A stretch of DNA of 64,000 nucleotides from a bacterium (GCA_021788365.1 JAJYKS010000005.1:14754-78753); one strand, 5' to 3'. Shown: positions 1-9,088, numbered from the stretch's first letter. A program made the numbers and translations. Notes: generated by a model not told the origin, from the sequence alone.

Positions 1-1215
1 TACTGGTATGTACGACAACGCGGTTATCTGGGGTACGATGTCACGCCCGCGCGCGCGGATCGAAACTCCCGCTTCCTCGAAATGTGCTCTAATGTTTTCC
101 TCCCACGGTCCCCAGGGGGTAAGGGTCAGGAGGAAGCAGCCGGCAGCGACGGCCTCGTAGGCCATGTCTCCGCTCGGCTTGGTGACGAACCCGTCTGCCC
201 AGGGAAAAACATGTTTTAGCAGTAGCTCATTTGCGTCTACGATGTCAGTGCCCTTGAAAATGCGGAAGGGAGCATGGACATTATCTTCATGTCCCCGAGA
301 GATGTCGTGCTCACGCGCAAATTTGGTAAACATATGGAGGAAATCGTCGTGAACGCCTGCATAGGCAGCGACCGCCACGTGCCCGTTTTTTATTGATGGA
401 GCGAGGTGGTGGAGGAGCTCCTCTATTTCGCCTTTGTTTGTGCCGAGGCCGCCGGTCGTCACGGCAAGGCGCAGGGGGCGGTCGCGAAAAGCGGTTGTCG
501 ACCGGCGTTTTGCGATCGCTTCTAATCGAGGATCTACGGGGCACCCGACTACGGTAACTCGAGACTCGTCTAGTTTATGCCCTAAAATGTAGGCGAGCTC
601 CAGTAGCTCGGCTTTTGTTTTTTCGTCGAAGACTGCATATGACATATGGGGAGAATCGGCGTTGGTCACGTATTGGGGGCGGACGTGCGGGTCGGTCACT
701 ACTTGCAATACCGTTTTTCCGTTTTCCACGAGGATATTCCCCGCTTCGTAATGGAGGGAGATTATGGGGCGAGCGACGCGGCCGGTCACGTAGGAGAGGG
801 GCTCGCGAATGGCGGCGGTTAAGGGGAGCTGGTTCCGCACTCTGGTGTCCATCATGTCTTTGAGTTCTTTGAGGAGGGGATTCCGCGCAATAATGCGGCC
901 CATCTCTTCGGTAAAGAGTACTTTGGGCCAGGCAGCGGCGGATACGTAGTTGGTGGGGTCGATCATCCAGAATGATTTGCGCATGGCTCCGGCTGCTACC
1001 ACGATAGCGTTTGCCATGGAATAGTGGGCGCGGGAGAAGGTGACGTCCGGCGTCTCTTCCATAGGGTGCTCGCCAAATTCCTTTTCGACTTCTTCTTTAA
1101 ACGTGGCAGAGACGGTGACAACCGGTACCTCCACGGTCTCCATGAGGTGGCGTTCTTCGTGAGCCGTGCGGGCAAACGTGAGATCGGTGGGGGCGGGGAC
1201 GTGATCGACGGGCAT
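1..1215 (-). CDS. GT-B glycosyltransferase, UgtP/MGDG-synthase-like (GT28-type); 3' end runs off window start (partial)
   Basis: Uninterrupted minus-strand frame from ATG (revcomp of cat 1213-1215; MPVDHVPAPTDL...) to the window edge. It is absent from the ORF track, apparently because it has no stop inside the window. Translation ends ...LTLTPWGPWEENIRAHFEERG, matching the C-terminal P-x-P-G-Q-E-x-x-N-x-x-F-x-E-x-R-G motif of diacylglycerol glucosyltransferases. Confidence 0.5.
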   Translation of the reverse strand, partial: MPVDHVPAPTDLTFARTAHEERHLMETVEVPVVTVSATFKEEVEKEFGEHPMEETPDVTFSRAHYSMANAIVVAAGAMRKSFWMIDPTNYVSAAAWPKVLFTEEMGRIIARNPLLKELKDMMDTRVRNQLPLTAAIREPLSYVTGRVARPIISLHYEAGNILVENGKTVLQVVTDPHVRPQYVTNADSPHMSYAVFDEKTKAELLELAYILGHKLDESRVTVVGCPVDPRLEAIAKRRSTTAFRDRPLRLAVTTGGLGTNKGEIEELLHHLAPSIKNGHVAVAAYAGVHDDFLHMFTKFAREHDISRGHEDNVHAPFRIFKGTDIVDANELLLKHVFPWADGFVTKPSGDMAYEAVAAGCFLLTLTPWGPWEENIRAHFEEAGVSIRARGRDIVPQITALSYIPV

Positions 1216-1252
1216 GAGACTAGTGTAGTGGATGGCTCACGTTGGTTCAAGA

Positions 1253-3755
1253 CTACATGTGAAAATCTCGGGTTTGGGTCCAGAAGAGCATTCCCTCGTT
1301 ATCAATCGCGAACTCTGCGTCTTGGGGGTGACCCTGACGTTGGCTCAGGGTGCTTAACCCTCTAGCGATCGCGATGAGTTGCGGAATCCCAACGGTACTA
1401 CCTAGATGTTTAGGAAGCTCTTCTGCCGACAAGGGTTTCTCCTTTTTTTCACTGTCGATTAATAAAATTGCGATTTTGCCCTTTTTTGGTTTATCCCTTA
1501 ATACCTCAGTTTCAGGAACAATGACGCGGACAATTTCCTGCCCATCGTTTGCAACGATACCGCCAACACCTCTTTCCATTTCTACGACGATTTCATGTGG
1601 GTTGCCAGAGTATCTGTTGCCGTGCAAAACAACACCTGAGCACATGGCTTCGATCATGGGCATGACCAGGACAGGCATAATCCAATCCCGCAGAACCGCT
1701 TTACGATCGTTTGGTAACTTGCCTGCAATTGACCGTGCTAATTCCTCTGTAAAGGCACTTTTAATTACTTCAAGGATTCCTTCCTCCAGAGAAGGGGATG
1801 AGTCAAATACTACCCCTGTATCCTGCCGCAGCTTCAGATTTGGAACAGACGAAAAAGTGCCGGCGTAATTATTTTCATTTCCGTTATCTTCTAGGATAGC
1901 TGTTGATCTGGCGATGAGTCTAAGCTCTGGTTGGTTGGGGAATTGTCTTTCGATTATCCGGATAAGTAGCTCGGAGATATTTGGCGGTACTATCTTGAGT
2001 TTGTCGGAAATTTCTCGGAATATTTTGGGAATATCTTCTGCAGTAGCATCGGGTAAAGAGTCGTAGATGTCCTGTACTCCATTGGCGATGAGAATTTCGT
2101 AAAAGGCGTCTGCGGAAACGGAAAATGCCGGTGGTGTACGTAAGTCTGCTTTGGCTAAAACTTCGCGTATATTGTGAGCTTTTAGTCCTATTTTAGTGAC
2201 GGGTGGAGTTTCCGGAAGCAAAGTAAGCGCAAGTACGTTCCGGCCGTCACCGATCATTTCCAGATTTGAAAGCCAGAAAGAGCGCGTTTCCGGGCGATAT
2301 GTTAACGAGATCCTATCGCCAACTTGTATAGGGGGGAGTTTTGCGATAGGTTGCCGTTTGATAGAGCTAGGCAGATTATGCAGGGCATTTACGAGGCGGT
2401 GTGCAGCGCCACTTCCGGAGGGAACAAAGAGTATGTTTTCCCACCAATCTCGGTTTCTCCCTGCTGCTATTTTTGCTTTGATTATTCCCCCGAGCTTTTG
2501 GACAGTATCTGTTACTTCGGGCATGGAATAGGCACTCATTCCATCTGGGAAGAAGATGATTCCCGGCAACGTCTCGTCGATGTCGGCGCCTAGCAGTGTT
2601 TCGACGTCTTCCGGCTTAGAGATAATAGCTTGGGTGCGGTATTGGGGAGCTATGCTCTGTCGGTCAATTTCTGGAGGTGGGTCGTACTCGGTCAGCTGGT
2701 TAAAGTAGAATCCGCGAGTGCCCTTGGAGAACTCAACGCGACAGTCATGCTTTAGAGTATTTGTCGCCCCACAGTACGTGAAGGCGGCTATTTTACTCAA
2801 CTCTACGATATCTACTCCAATGGGTCCGGTCTGCATGTGCATCGGCAATTTTGCTTTTGGAATAACTCGACTATCTCTATCTAGGTAGATATATTCCCGT
2901 ATTCCTGACGCATGAGATATAGGATGTATCTGTGGTTTTCCGCCCGTATATTCTGGGGGTGTGACTTGGAATACCACAGTGTCACATATTTCCGGTATTT
3001 CCATTGCGGCTCGATTGTCCCCGTACGCGCATCGTACTGTGATAGTTTGGCCGTCGTCGCTTGTTTCTGCGTAACCGCCGATGGGGGGGGGAGCCATTGT
3101 CAAACACCGGTGCGTTTTGGCCTTCCTCTTTATAATTGAAGCTAAATGTGGATTGCGGATCAGTAAACTCTTGAAGGTTGAGACATACCTCAACTTGGTC
3201 GCGTATTCCGTCCTTGTCCCACGCCATTGTGTCGGCATAGTAGGTATATTGGCGTGTGATTGCGTCCATTACTTTATCTACCGTGTCTAGGCTATTTAAG
3301 GAGTCTCCTTGTGATTGCTTTAACCATGGGGCGGCAACCGCGTGTCGAAGCGATAATTTTTTTGTTTCTGAGTTTTGGAGCCTTATTTCGGCTAGTTCGC
3401 GGAGAGATTCTGTCTCTTTTTCAGTAAATCTTCTTCCTTTATTTAGCCAGTTGAGCCAGAGATTATGTGTGAGGGCGGTAACTTGTGGTGCGTATGTTAC
3501 CATCCCGAATACGTCGAGTGTCTCAATTCTATTTCTCTCGATATCTTTAAAGCCGATGATGCGGTCTGAGTTACCGGCGTACTGGTCGACTGACAAGGCG
3601 AGGCCATTTTCGAAGAGATAGCCTGGAATCTCATAGTCTGGATGCACCACCAATGTCTCTAAAGTCATATTTGCTCGTTCTAATTTTATCCTGATATCTA
3701 TGTGTAATTTGTACGCTTTGGAGCGGGCAAAATTGCACAAACGATAATTATACAA
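1253..3755 (-). pseudogene. Frameshifted or phase-variable gene (ORFs 2982-3755 + 1253-3238) for an ~835-aa protein with C-terminal PEP-utilising (PPDK_N-type) ATP-grasp domain
   Basis: The two ORFs overlap by 256 nt in different frames. The upstream ORF's tail (HRRLRRNKRRRPNYHS...) and the downstream ORF's head (...RKAKTHRCLTMAPPP) are low-complexity read-through. The frames join cleanly if one C is removed from the C9 run (minus strand of 3083-3091): ...NGSPP|IGGYAETSDDG.... The C-terminus (AEFAIDNEGMLFWTQTRDF) resembles the PPDK_N/PEP-synthase nucleotide-binding domain. Confidence 0.45.
3083..3091. repeat. G9/C9 homopolymer at the frameshift site
   Basis: Nine consecutive G in 'atgggggggggagcc', coinciding exactly with the frame change between the two ORFs. 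Confidence 0.9.
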
Positions 3756-3813
3756 TGCAATGCAAGTTATAGGGTTCTAGGAGGAATAAATGAGGGCGAA
3801 AATGGCTATTTAG

Positions 3814-3884
3814 CAGGGGTGGAAGGAATCGAACCTTCGTTACTTCTTTTGGAGAGAAGAGTCCTACCTCTGAACGACACCCCT
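3814..3884 (-). tRNA. trnW: tRNA-Trp (anticodon CCA)
   Basis: Minus-strand sequence AGGGGTGTCGTTCAGAGGTAGGACTCTTCTCTCCAAAAGAAGTAACGAAGGTTCGATTCCTTCCACCCCTG folds as a cloverleaf. Acceptor AGGGGTG/CACCCCT, D-stem GTTC/GGAC with a GG-containing loop, anticodon stem CTTCT/AGAAG with loop CTCCAAA (U33, CCA, A37), T-arm GAAGG-TTCGATT-CCTTC. No encoded CCA. Confidence 0.85.
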
Positions 3885-4616
3885 AAATTGTTCTCCGAAT
3901 GCATTATATATGGCTGTTAATTCTCTGGCAATTTTAACGTCGTAGTATCGAATGGTGATGCATCCCTTGTAATCATGCCGTTTTCTAATCGCTGTGTGCG
4001 GTTTGCAGTAGGGCTTAATGAACTGCACGCGGGGGATTTTGGTTGTCTTTGACCAAAATTCAATGACTTCGTTTGGATTGTGATATTCGTGTAGATGGAC
4101 GGATACGTGGAACTTGCTCTCATCCAGCGTGTAGGACGTGCGTAGTAGTCCAATAAACGTCTTTATCATCCCTGGATCGGAGTTGGTAAACGCGATGTGG
4201 TTGATTTTTTTGGATCCCTCTGCCCAAAATAACATGGAACAGATAATTTTGATAACATTTTGATTTCCCACCTGTTGATCCTGAACTATTAGTTTCGCAA
4301 TGTCGTGATAGTATTTCTTGATGGAAGTCCTCTTTTCCTGCCATCTCTGCGACATCTTGTATCGGTTCACTTCCTTATGTTTTTGCATTCGGACCCTGCC
4401 CGTTTTGGAAATAGGAACATTCCGAAGCCAAACAGAGGAGGAACTTTGAGAAATATTTAGTTTTCGAGCGATTTCTTTAATGGAAAATCCAGACTTACGT
4501 AACTTTAATGCTCGAGTTTTTATCGAAATACCATAAGACATTATGAGACCATAATATATGGTTCGATTAGTGGAATCAAACGGAGGCGTTGCCAACATAG
4601 CGTTGCGAACATGCAT
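3864..4616 (-). CDS. Hypothetical basic protein with N-terminal HTH (sigma-70 region-4/resolvase-like); possible LAGLIDADG-like homing endonuclease
   Basis: 250-aa ORF in a visibly AT-rich islet (~40% GC against ~50% flanks). HTH-like segment SIKEIARKLNISQSSVSVWLRNV. A single LAGLIDADG-like motif (MLFWAEGSKK) is a weak match. Its last 21 nt overlap the 5' end of tRNA-Trp on the same strand. Confidence 0.45.
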   Translation of the reverse strand: MHVRNAMLATPPFDSTNRTIYYGLIMSYGISIKTRALKLRKSGFSIKEIARKLNISQSSSSVWLRNVPISKTGRVRMQKHKEVNRYKMSQRWQEKRTSIKKYYHDIAKLIVQDQQVGNQNVIKIICSMLFWAEGSKKINHIAFTNSDPGMIKTFIGLLRTSYTLDESKFHVSVHLHEYHNPNEVIEFWSKTTKIPRVQFIKPYCKPHTAIRKRHDYKGCITIRYYDVKIARELTAIYNAFGEQFRGVVQR

Positions 4617-4987
4617 GGCGTGGGCGTAGTATGTGGATATGGTAGCGGCCGGAGATCGTATAGTTGTTGGTCAAGGCGGAGATAGCCTGGTTTGCGATAG
4701 AGACGCGATAGTACGCGAGCCTTCGTTCACCGACTACAAGGTATTAACTTTACTAATACCGAACCTTATTTTGTTTACAGGTCTATTTGTGGAGACACTC
4801 TCCCAGTCGGAGTTTGCCCTTCTTTGGCTCTTTGCAACTATCACGTACAACGCAATCCACAACGGTACCACGAACCTTCACAATCTGTGTGTGTCGCCTG
4901 GATCGGTACTATTTGAGGTGACGAAACAAAACGTAGATGCACCTGTTTTACCAGAGGAAAGCGCCGTTCGCGAAACAATCATTTTAC

Positions 4988-5599
4988 CTACAGTAGAAGC
5001 TTGAGGATTCCGCTAATTATCGGAGAAATGAGTGAGGCTATTGCGGAGCTGCCGCCAAACGGGAAGATTAGAAGTATAAGAATGATGGTTCCGTATTGTT
5101 GCATAATACCGGTAAATTCGACAGCTAGGTTGCCTGGTAGGAGACCAAGAAGGATTTTCTCACCGTCTAGAGGATAAACGGGGACGAAGTTGAAGACGGC
5201 GAGCATCACGTTCAGGGCAAGGATGGGGGTTGCGATGGCAAGGAGTAGAGGGTTTGGCACCAGGCGTACGAGCCCAGCCAGCGCTCCCGCTAAAATAAGA
5301 TTGCTTGCCGGCCCGGCAAGCGCTATCAAGGCGCCGTCCCGCTTGGGATTTTGTAGATTGTAGGGGTCGAAGGGTACTGGGCGTCCCCAGCCGAAACCGA
5401 CCAGGAGTAGGGTGAGGGTACCGAGGGGATCGAGATGGGCGAGGGGATTCACCGTGAGCCGTCCCATGGCACGGGCGGTGGGGTCGCCGAGGCGGTCTGC
5501 AACCCAGGCGTGAGCGAATTCATGAATCGATATGGCTACGACCAGTGCGAGGGCGTAGACCACGAAGACGAGGGGGTCGGAAAAAAGAGTAGAGAGCAT
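4988..5599 (-). CDS. Site-2 protease family (M50) zinc metalloprotease, SpoIVFB-like, no PDZ
   Basis: HEFAHA zinc motif in TM helix 1, multi-TM, LDG motif (VYPLDGEKIL). Start moved to ATG at 5599 (MLSTLF...), because the ORF-track N-terminus (to 5719) only translates the intergenic repeat element. Confidence 0.8.
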   Translation of the reverse strand: MLSTLFSDPLVFVVYALALVVAISIHEFAHAWVADRLGDPTARAMGRLTVNPLAHLDPLGTLTLLLVGFGWGRPVPFDPYNLQNPKRDGALIALAGPASNLILAGALAGLVRLVPNPLLLAIATPILALNVMLAVFNFVPVYPLDGEKILLGLLPGNLAVEFTGIMQQYGTIILILLIFPFGGSSAIASLISPIISGILKLLL

Positions 5600-5621
5600 G
5601 TTTCTAGTATAACCCACGGCT

Positions 5622-5723
5622 CGTCGTATTCCCAAGTGAAAAACCGGTCTGTCTGCGACTGGTGTCGCAGCGACCTTGTGCTCGGACCAGTCCTGCGCAA
5701 TATTTTTCTTTGTGAACACGACT
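5622..5723. repeat. Copy 1 of ~100-nt structured intergenic element (candidate ncRNA/cis-RNA)
   Basis: Near-identical to 57202-57303 and homologous to 26949-27078. Contains nested inverted repeats (GGTC..CTGCGAC-tggtg-GTCGCAG..GACC; GGACcaGTCC) enclosed by an outer helix GTCGTATTC/GAACACGAC. Lies 23 nt upstream of the M50 protease start. Confidence 0.75.
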
Positions 5724-5744
5724 TCGCCTCTTCTTTTAGTAGGC

Positions 5745-5766
5745 GGTGCTCATATATCGCAAAAAT
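5745..5766 (+). promoter_or_regulatory. Conserved 22-nt upstream motif GGTGCTCATATATCGCAAAAAT (copy A)
   Basis: Same 22-mer with 0-4 mismatches at 23225-23246 (upstream of mreB) and 58598-58619 (upstream of folD), all upstream of plus-strand genes. Confidence 0.5.
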
Positions 5767-5810
5767 TTATCGCGAACATATTTTCGTATCTAGTCTCTGA
5801 AAATTGAAAA

Positions 5811-5839
5811 TTGACAAATGAAAATTGAATTGGTATACT
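5811..5839 (+). promoter_or_regulatory. Sigma-70-type promoter (TTGACA-17nt-TATACT)
   Basis: Perfect -35 TTGACA (5811-5816), 17-nt spacer, -10 TATACT (5834-5839). The predicted TSS is ~2-3 nt before the ATG at 5849 (near-leaderless). Confidence 0.65.
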
Positions 5840-5848
5840 ATGGGCCAT

Positions 5849-6469
5849 ATGAAAAAACTCTGCGCCGCCTTGGCGGTTCTTTTCGTTAGCATGTTTGTTT
5901 CCACTAGCAAGGTCTCTGCTCACGAGGGTGACATCGCCATGAGTGGGGCAAATGTGTCCTGCACCGCAATATCCCTATGGCAGAGTGGTCAGTATCAGGT
6001 GACCGGCCGATGTGATGGGCTCGTTTATCCATATCAGACACAGTACGACCGCTATATGTTGTGGGCAAAAACTGCCGGAAGTGGTGACATTGTCCCTGTC
6101 GGAGAGATTGCCCGTGGCTATTTCCAAGGTTTTGTTGGCAATGCTTTTACTACGCTTTTCGTAACAGCCGAGACCTCTAGCAATCCACACCGTCCTAGTT
6201 CGTACCAGGTTGCTTCTGGTAGCGTCACACCTTTTACCTTTGAGAAGACAGCCGCTGCTACGCCCGCACCTGCCTCTACCGAAACTACCAATACAAGTAC
6301 GACCATGACCGTGCAGCAAGCGGCTAGTTCTACGAGTACTTCGGGGAGCACCGTAGGCGCAGTTGTGGGCAAGATTGTAACTTCTCTCCTCGTCATTATC
6401 CTCGTTATCGTAGGGGTCGCGATCGGCGCCTCCCTTATCTTCCGCAGCAGGGGTAGCGTTTCCGCCTAA
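5849..6469 (+). CDS. Secreted/membrane-anchored Thr/Ser-rich hypothetical protein
   Basis: N-terminal signal peptide (MKKLCAALAVLFVSMFVSTSKVSA), low-complexity T/S-rich linker, C-terminal TM helix plus basic tail. Start chosen at 5849 downstream of the promoter; the ORF track begins at a TTG at 5825. Confidence 0.6.
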   Translation: MKKLCAALAVLFVSMFVSTSKVSAHEGDIAMSGANVSCTAISLWQSGQYQVTGRCDGLVYPYQTQYDRYMLWAKTAGSGDIVPVGEIARGYFQGFVGNAFTTLFVTAETSSNPHRPSSYQVASGSVTPFTFEKTAAATPAPASTETTNTSTTMTVQQAASSTSTSGSTVGAVVGKIVTSLLVIILVIVGVAIGASLIFRSRGSVSA

Positions 6470-6484
6470 TCTCTGTTAGAATTC

Positions 6485-6700
6485 ATGCCTATGGCATATG
6501 CATGTGATCTTTGTGGTAAACATCGCGACGTGGGGCACAACGTCTCGCACGCCAAAAATCGTACCCGACGTGTTCGTAAACCCAATCTTCATGCTCATCG
6601 CATGAAGCTCGGTGAGTCGACTCTGCGCCTCCGTCTTTGCACCAAGTGCCTGCGCATGGTGAAGGGTAACGTGCGGAAGGTTGGCACTGTCCAACAGTAA
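6485..6700 (+). CDS. rpmB: 50S ribosomal protein L28
   Basis: [34 protein letters not shown]...LRLCTKCLR matches the L28 signature (C-x-x-C...NVSH...R-x-x-P-N-L...C-T-K-C). Confidence 0.85.
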   Translation: MPMAYACDLCGKHRDVGHNVSHAKNRTRRVRKPNLHAHRMKLGESTLRLRLCTKCLRMVKGNVRKVGTVQQ

Positions 6701-6711
6701 GGGGCTTTTAA

Positions 6712-6894
6712 ATGGTTAGTGTCGTTGATCCAGAACATGATACTAGTAGGCCTGACTATATACAGCCAGCTGGTCTTGATCCTCAGTTGCCAAGATCAGA
6801 AATTCTTACCCCACAGATGAAGCGAGCCTTAATACTGGTAGGTGGTATTGCGGCAATACTTCTTGCTGGTGGGCATTTCGTCGGCTTATATTAA
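6712..6894 (+). CDS. Small single-TM membrane protein (hypothetical)
   Basis: 60-aa ORF with a C-terminal TM helix (ALILVGGIAAILLAGGHFVGL), directly upstream of the ATPase. Could supply the membrane anchor that the ATPase lacks. Confidence 0.35.
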   Translation: MVSVVDPEHDTSRPDYIQPAGLDPQLPRSEILTPQMKRALILVGGIAAILLAGGHFVGLY

Positions 6895-6922
6895 CTAGTT
6901 TTTTCCGTTATACTATGGCAGT

Positions 6923-9088
6923 ATGGCTGCCCTGAACTTAACAACACTCCTTGTAACTATTCCCCGCGATACGGAGGTGACGCCGGAGTCGGCCGCTACC
7001 TTCCTCTCGACATTTCCCACCATGCTTACCAAGAGCTGGTTCGACGTGTGGATCAAAGGAGAGCCGCGGCCCACGATCGCACTTGAGGTGGCGGCGACAG
7101 AGCAGCAGATACGATTTCTCGTGACCGTTTCTCCGTGGCTGGTGCAGTTTGTTACGGCCCAAATTAACTCGACTTACCCTCTGGCCATGATCTCACCCAT
7201 CGTTGACCCATTGCCCGCGCTTGCCCCGCACCTCCACGTCGCGGAGTTGCCGCTCTCGCATGCAGGCTTTTATCCCTTGAAGACATGGAGTGACTTTCGC
7301 GACACCGATCCTATGACGGCGTACCTCTCTGTGTTGTCGAAAGCCGAGGCGGGTGAAACCATGTGGGTGCAGTACGCACTTGCTCCGGCAAAGGCTGGCT
7401 GGCAACAGGCAGGCCAGCAGGCAATAGATGCGGGGCGGACAACTGGCTCTCACCAGACCTATATGGCTGGCGGGAAAACGGGATACACTACGCAGCGAGG
7501 GAGCCTCCCCGAGGCGCGGGGGATACAAGAGAAGATCGCCCACGCGGGGTTTGCCGTCACCGTACGTATTGCAGCGAGCCACAAAGCGAGGTTGAAGGAA
7601 CTAGCTGCTGTTTTTGGCGTCTATGGTAGACCGGACGGCAACAGCTTTACCATGCACACGTCGCTCCTCTCACCAAAGGGTTACCAAAAACAACTTGCCG
7701 CGCGTGCCGGGGCTGCTCGCAAAGTGATCAATGTGCCGGAGCTTTCTACCCTGTGGCACTTGCCATCTGACAAAGTAAAGATACCTGGGATCATCTGGGG
7801 TCAGAATGTCTTTTCCGAGCCGCCGGACAATCTACCTACGGCAGAGGGAAAAACCGATGAGGAAAAGGCGAGCATTAACTTTTTTGGCAGAGCCATTTTT
7901 AAGAACCGCGACCTCATTTTTGGGATAAAAGACGTAGACCGGCGGCGACATCTGTGGGCAATAGGTAAAACGGGCACTGGTAAAAGTACCCTCATCGCCA
8001 ACATGGCCATCGACGATCTTAAAAAAGGTCGAGGTGTGGCGATTATTGACCCGCACGGTGATCTATCGGATATTATCCTCAATTATGTGCCTGCCTCACG
8101 TATCAACGATGTCATTTACTTTAATCCGATAGACCATGACCGGCCCGTGCGTCTCAACGTGCTCGAAGTAAAAGACCCGGCGCAGCGGGAACTTGTCGTG
8201 TCTGGTATTGTCGCCATTTTCAACAAGTTATATGGTCACAGTTGGGGGCCGCGACTTGAATATATTCTTCGGAATACGCTTCTGGCTCTGTCAGAGCTAC
8301 CCGGGATGACCTTGGTAGACGTGCCGAGAATACTCACCGACCGGCAGTTTCGTGCCCAGGCAGTCGCGCAGCTAAAAGATCCCATTATCCAGCGATATTT
8401 CACCAATGAATTTGATAAGATGCCGGACAAACTTTTACAGGAATCTATCAGTCCAATCCTGAATAAAGTAGGCCAGTTTGTGTCCTCGCCTATGATCCGC
8501 GCCATTATCGAACGACCGGCCAGCTCTATCGATATGGAAGCCATCATGAACGAGGGAAAGATACTTATAGCCAATTTATCGCAGGGAAAATTGGGAGAGG
8601 ACAACGCGGCTCTCATTGGCGCCATGCTTATCACCAAGTTCCAGCTCGCGGCGATGAATCGGGTCGACCTGCAGGAAGCGTCCCGCCGCGATTTTTATCT
8701 TTATGTAGACGAGTTCCAGAATTTTGCCACGTCTAGCTTTATCAAGATTTTGTCGGAAGCGCGCAAGTACAAACTAAACCTTATGATGGCAAATCAATAT
8801 ATGGCACAGATACCACTCGAGGTGCAGAAAGCCATCCTTGGGAATGCGGGATCAATTGTCAGCTTTACCATAGGGGCAGAGGATGCTCGAATCATTATGA
8901 AAGAGTTTGGCGACGTGTTTACCGACAAGGATCTTGTAAACTTAGAGAATTACCAAATTGCTGTGCGACTCATGGTGGACGCAAAGAGCGGCAGGGCGTT
9001 CCTCGCGCGCACGTTGCCACTACCCTCGTCGTCGAATCAGAATAAAGATAAGGTAATACGCGTAAGTAGGGAGAGGTGGGGGCGCTAG
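6923..9088 (+). CDS. VirD4/TraD/TrwB-like (FtsK-HerA superfamily) P-loop ATPase, T4SS coupling-protein-like, no N-terminal TM
   Basis: Walker A GKTGTGKST followed by IIDPHGD, Walker B YLYVDEFQNF, C-terminal ARKYKLNLMMANQ typical of the TraG/TraD/VirD4 family. ~300-aa unrelated soluble N-terminal region. Confidence 0.6.
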   Translation: MAALNLTTLLVTIPRDTEVTPESAATFLSTFPTMLTKSWFDVWIKGEPRPTIALEVAATEQQIRFLVTVSPWLVQFVTAQINSTYPLAMISPIVDPLPALAPHLHVAELPLSHAGFYPLKTWSDFRDTDPMTAYLSVLSKAEAGETMWVQYALAPAKAGWQQAGQQAIDAGRTTGSHQTYMAGGKTGYTTQRGSLPEARGIQEKIAHAGFAVTVRIAASHKARLKELAAVFGVYGRPDGNSFTMHTSLLSPKGYQKQLAARAGAARKVINVPELSTLWHLPSDKVKIPGIIWGQNVFSEPPDNLPTAEGKTDEEKASINFFGRAIFKNRDLIFGIKDVDRRRHLWAIGKTGTGKSTLIANMAIDDLKKGRGVAIIDPHGDLSDIILNYVPASRINDVIYFNPIDHDRPVRLNVLEVKDPAQRELVVSGIVAIFNKLYGHSWGPRLEYILRNTLLALSELPGMTLVDVPRILTDRQFRAQAVAQLKDPIIQRYFTNEFDKMPDKLLQESISPILNKVGQFVSSPMIRAIIERPASSIDMEAIMNEGKILIANLSQGKLGEDNAALIGAMLITKFQLAAMNRVDLQEASRRDFYLYVDEFQNFATSSFIKILSEARKYKLNLMMANQYMAQIPLEVQKAILGNAGSIVSFTIGAEDARIIMKEFGDVFTDKDLVNLENYQIAVRLMVDAKSGRAFLARTLPLPSSSNQNKDKVIRVSRERWGR

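Noticed and set aside
4633-5004. ORF 4633-5004(+) as a gene divergent from the HTH gene
   Set aside because: Only 16 nt separate it from the divergent start, no SD, weakly protein-like sequence. Possibly real but unsupported.
5435-5800. ORFs 5435-5800(+), 26843-27073(+) and 57147-57386(+) share a conserved peptide ...SQVKNRSVC.WCRSDL..., which looks like a conserved small protein family
   Set aside because: They are translations of the repeated intergenic element. The conservation is at nucleotide level (including non-coding-style compensatory changes), the frames carry no convincing starts or RBS, and they overlap the true N-termini of neighbouring genes.
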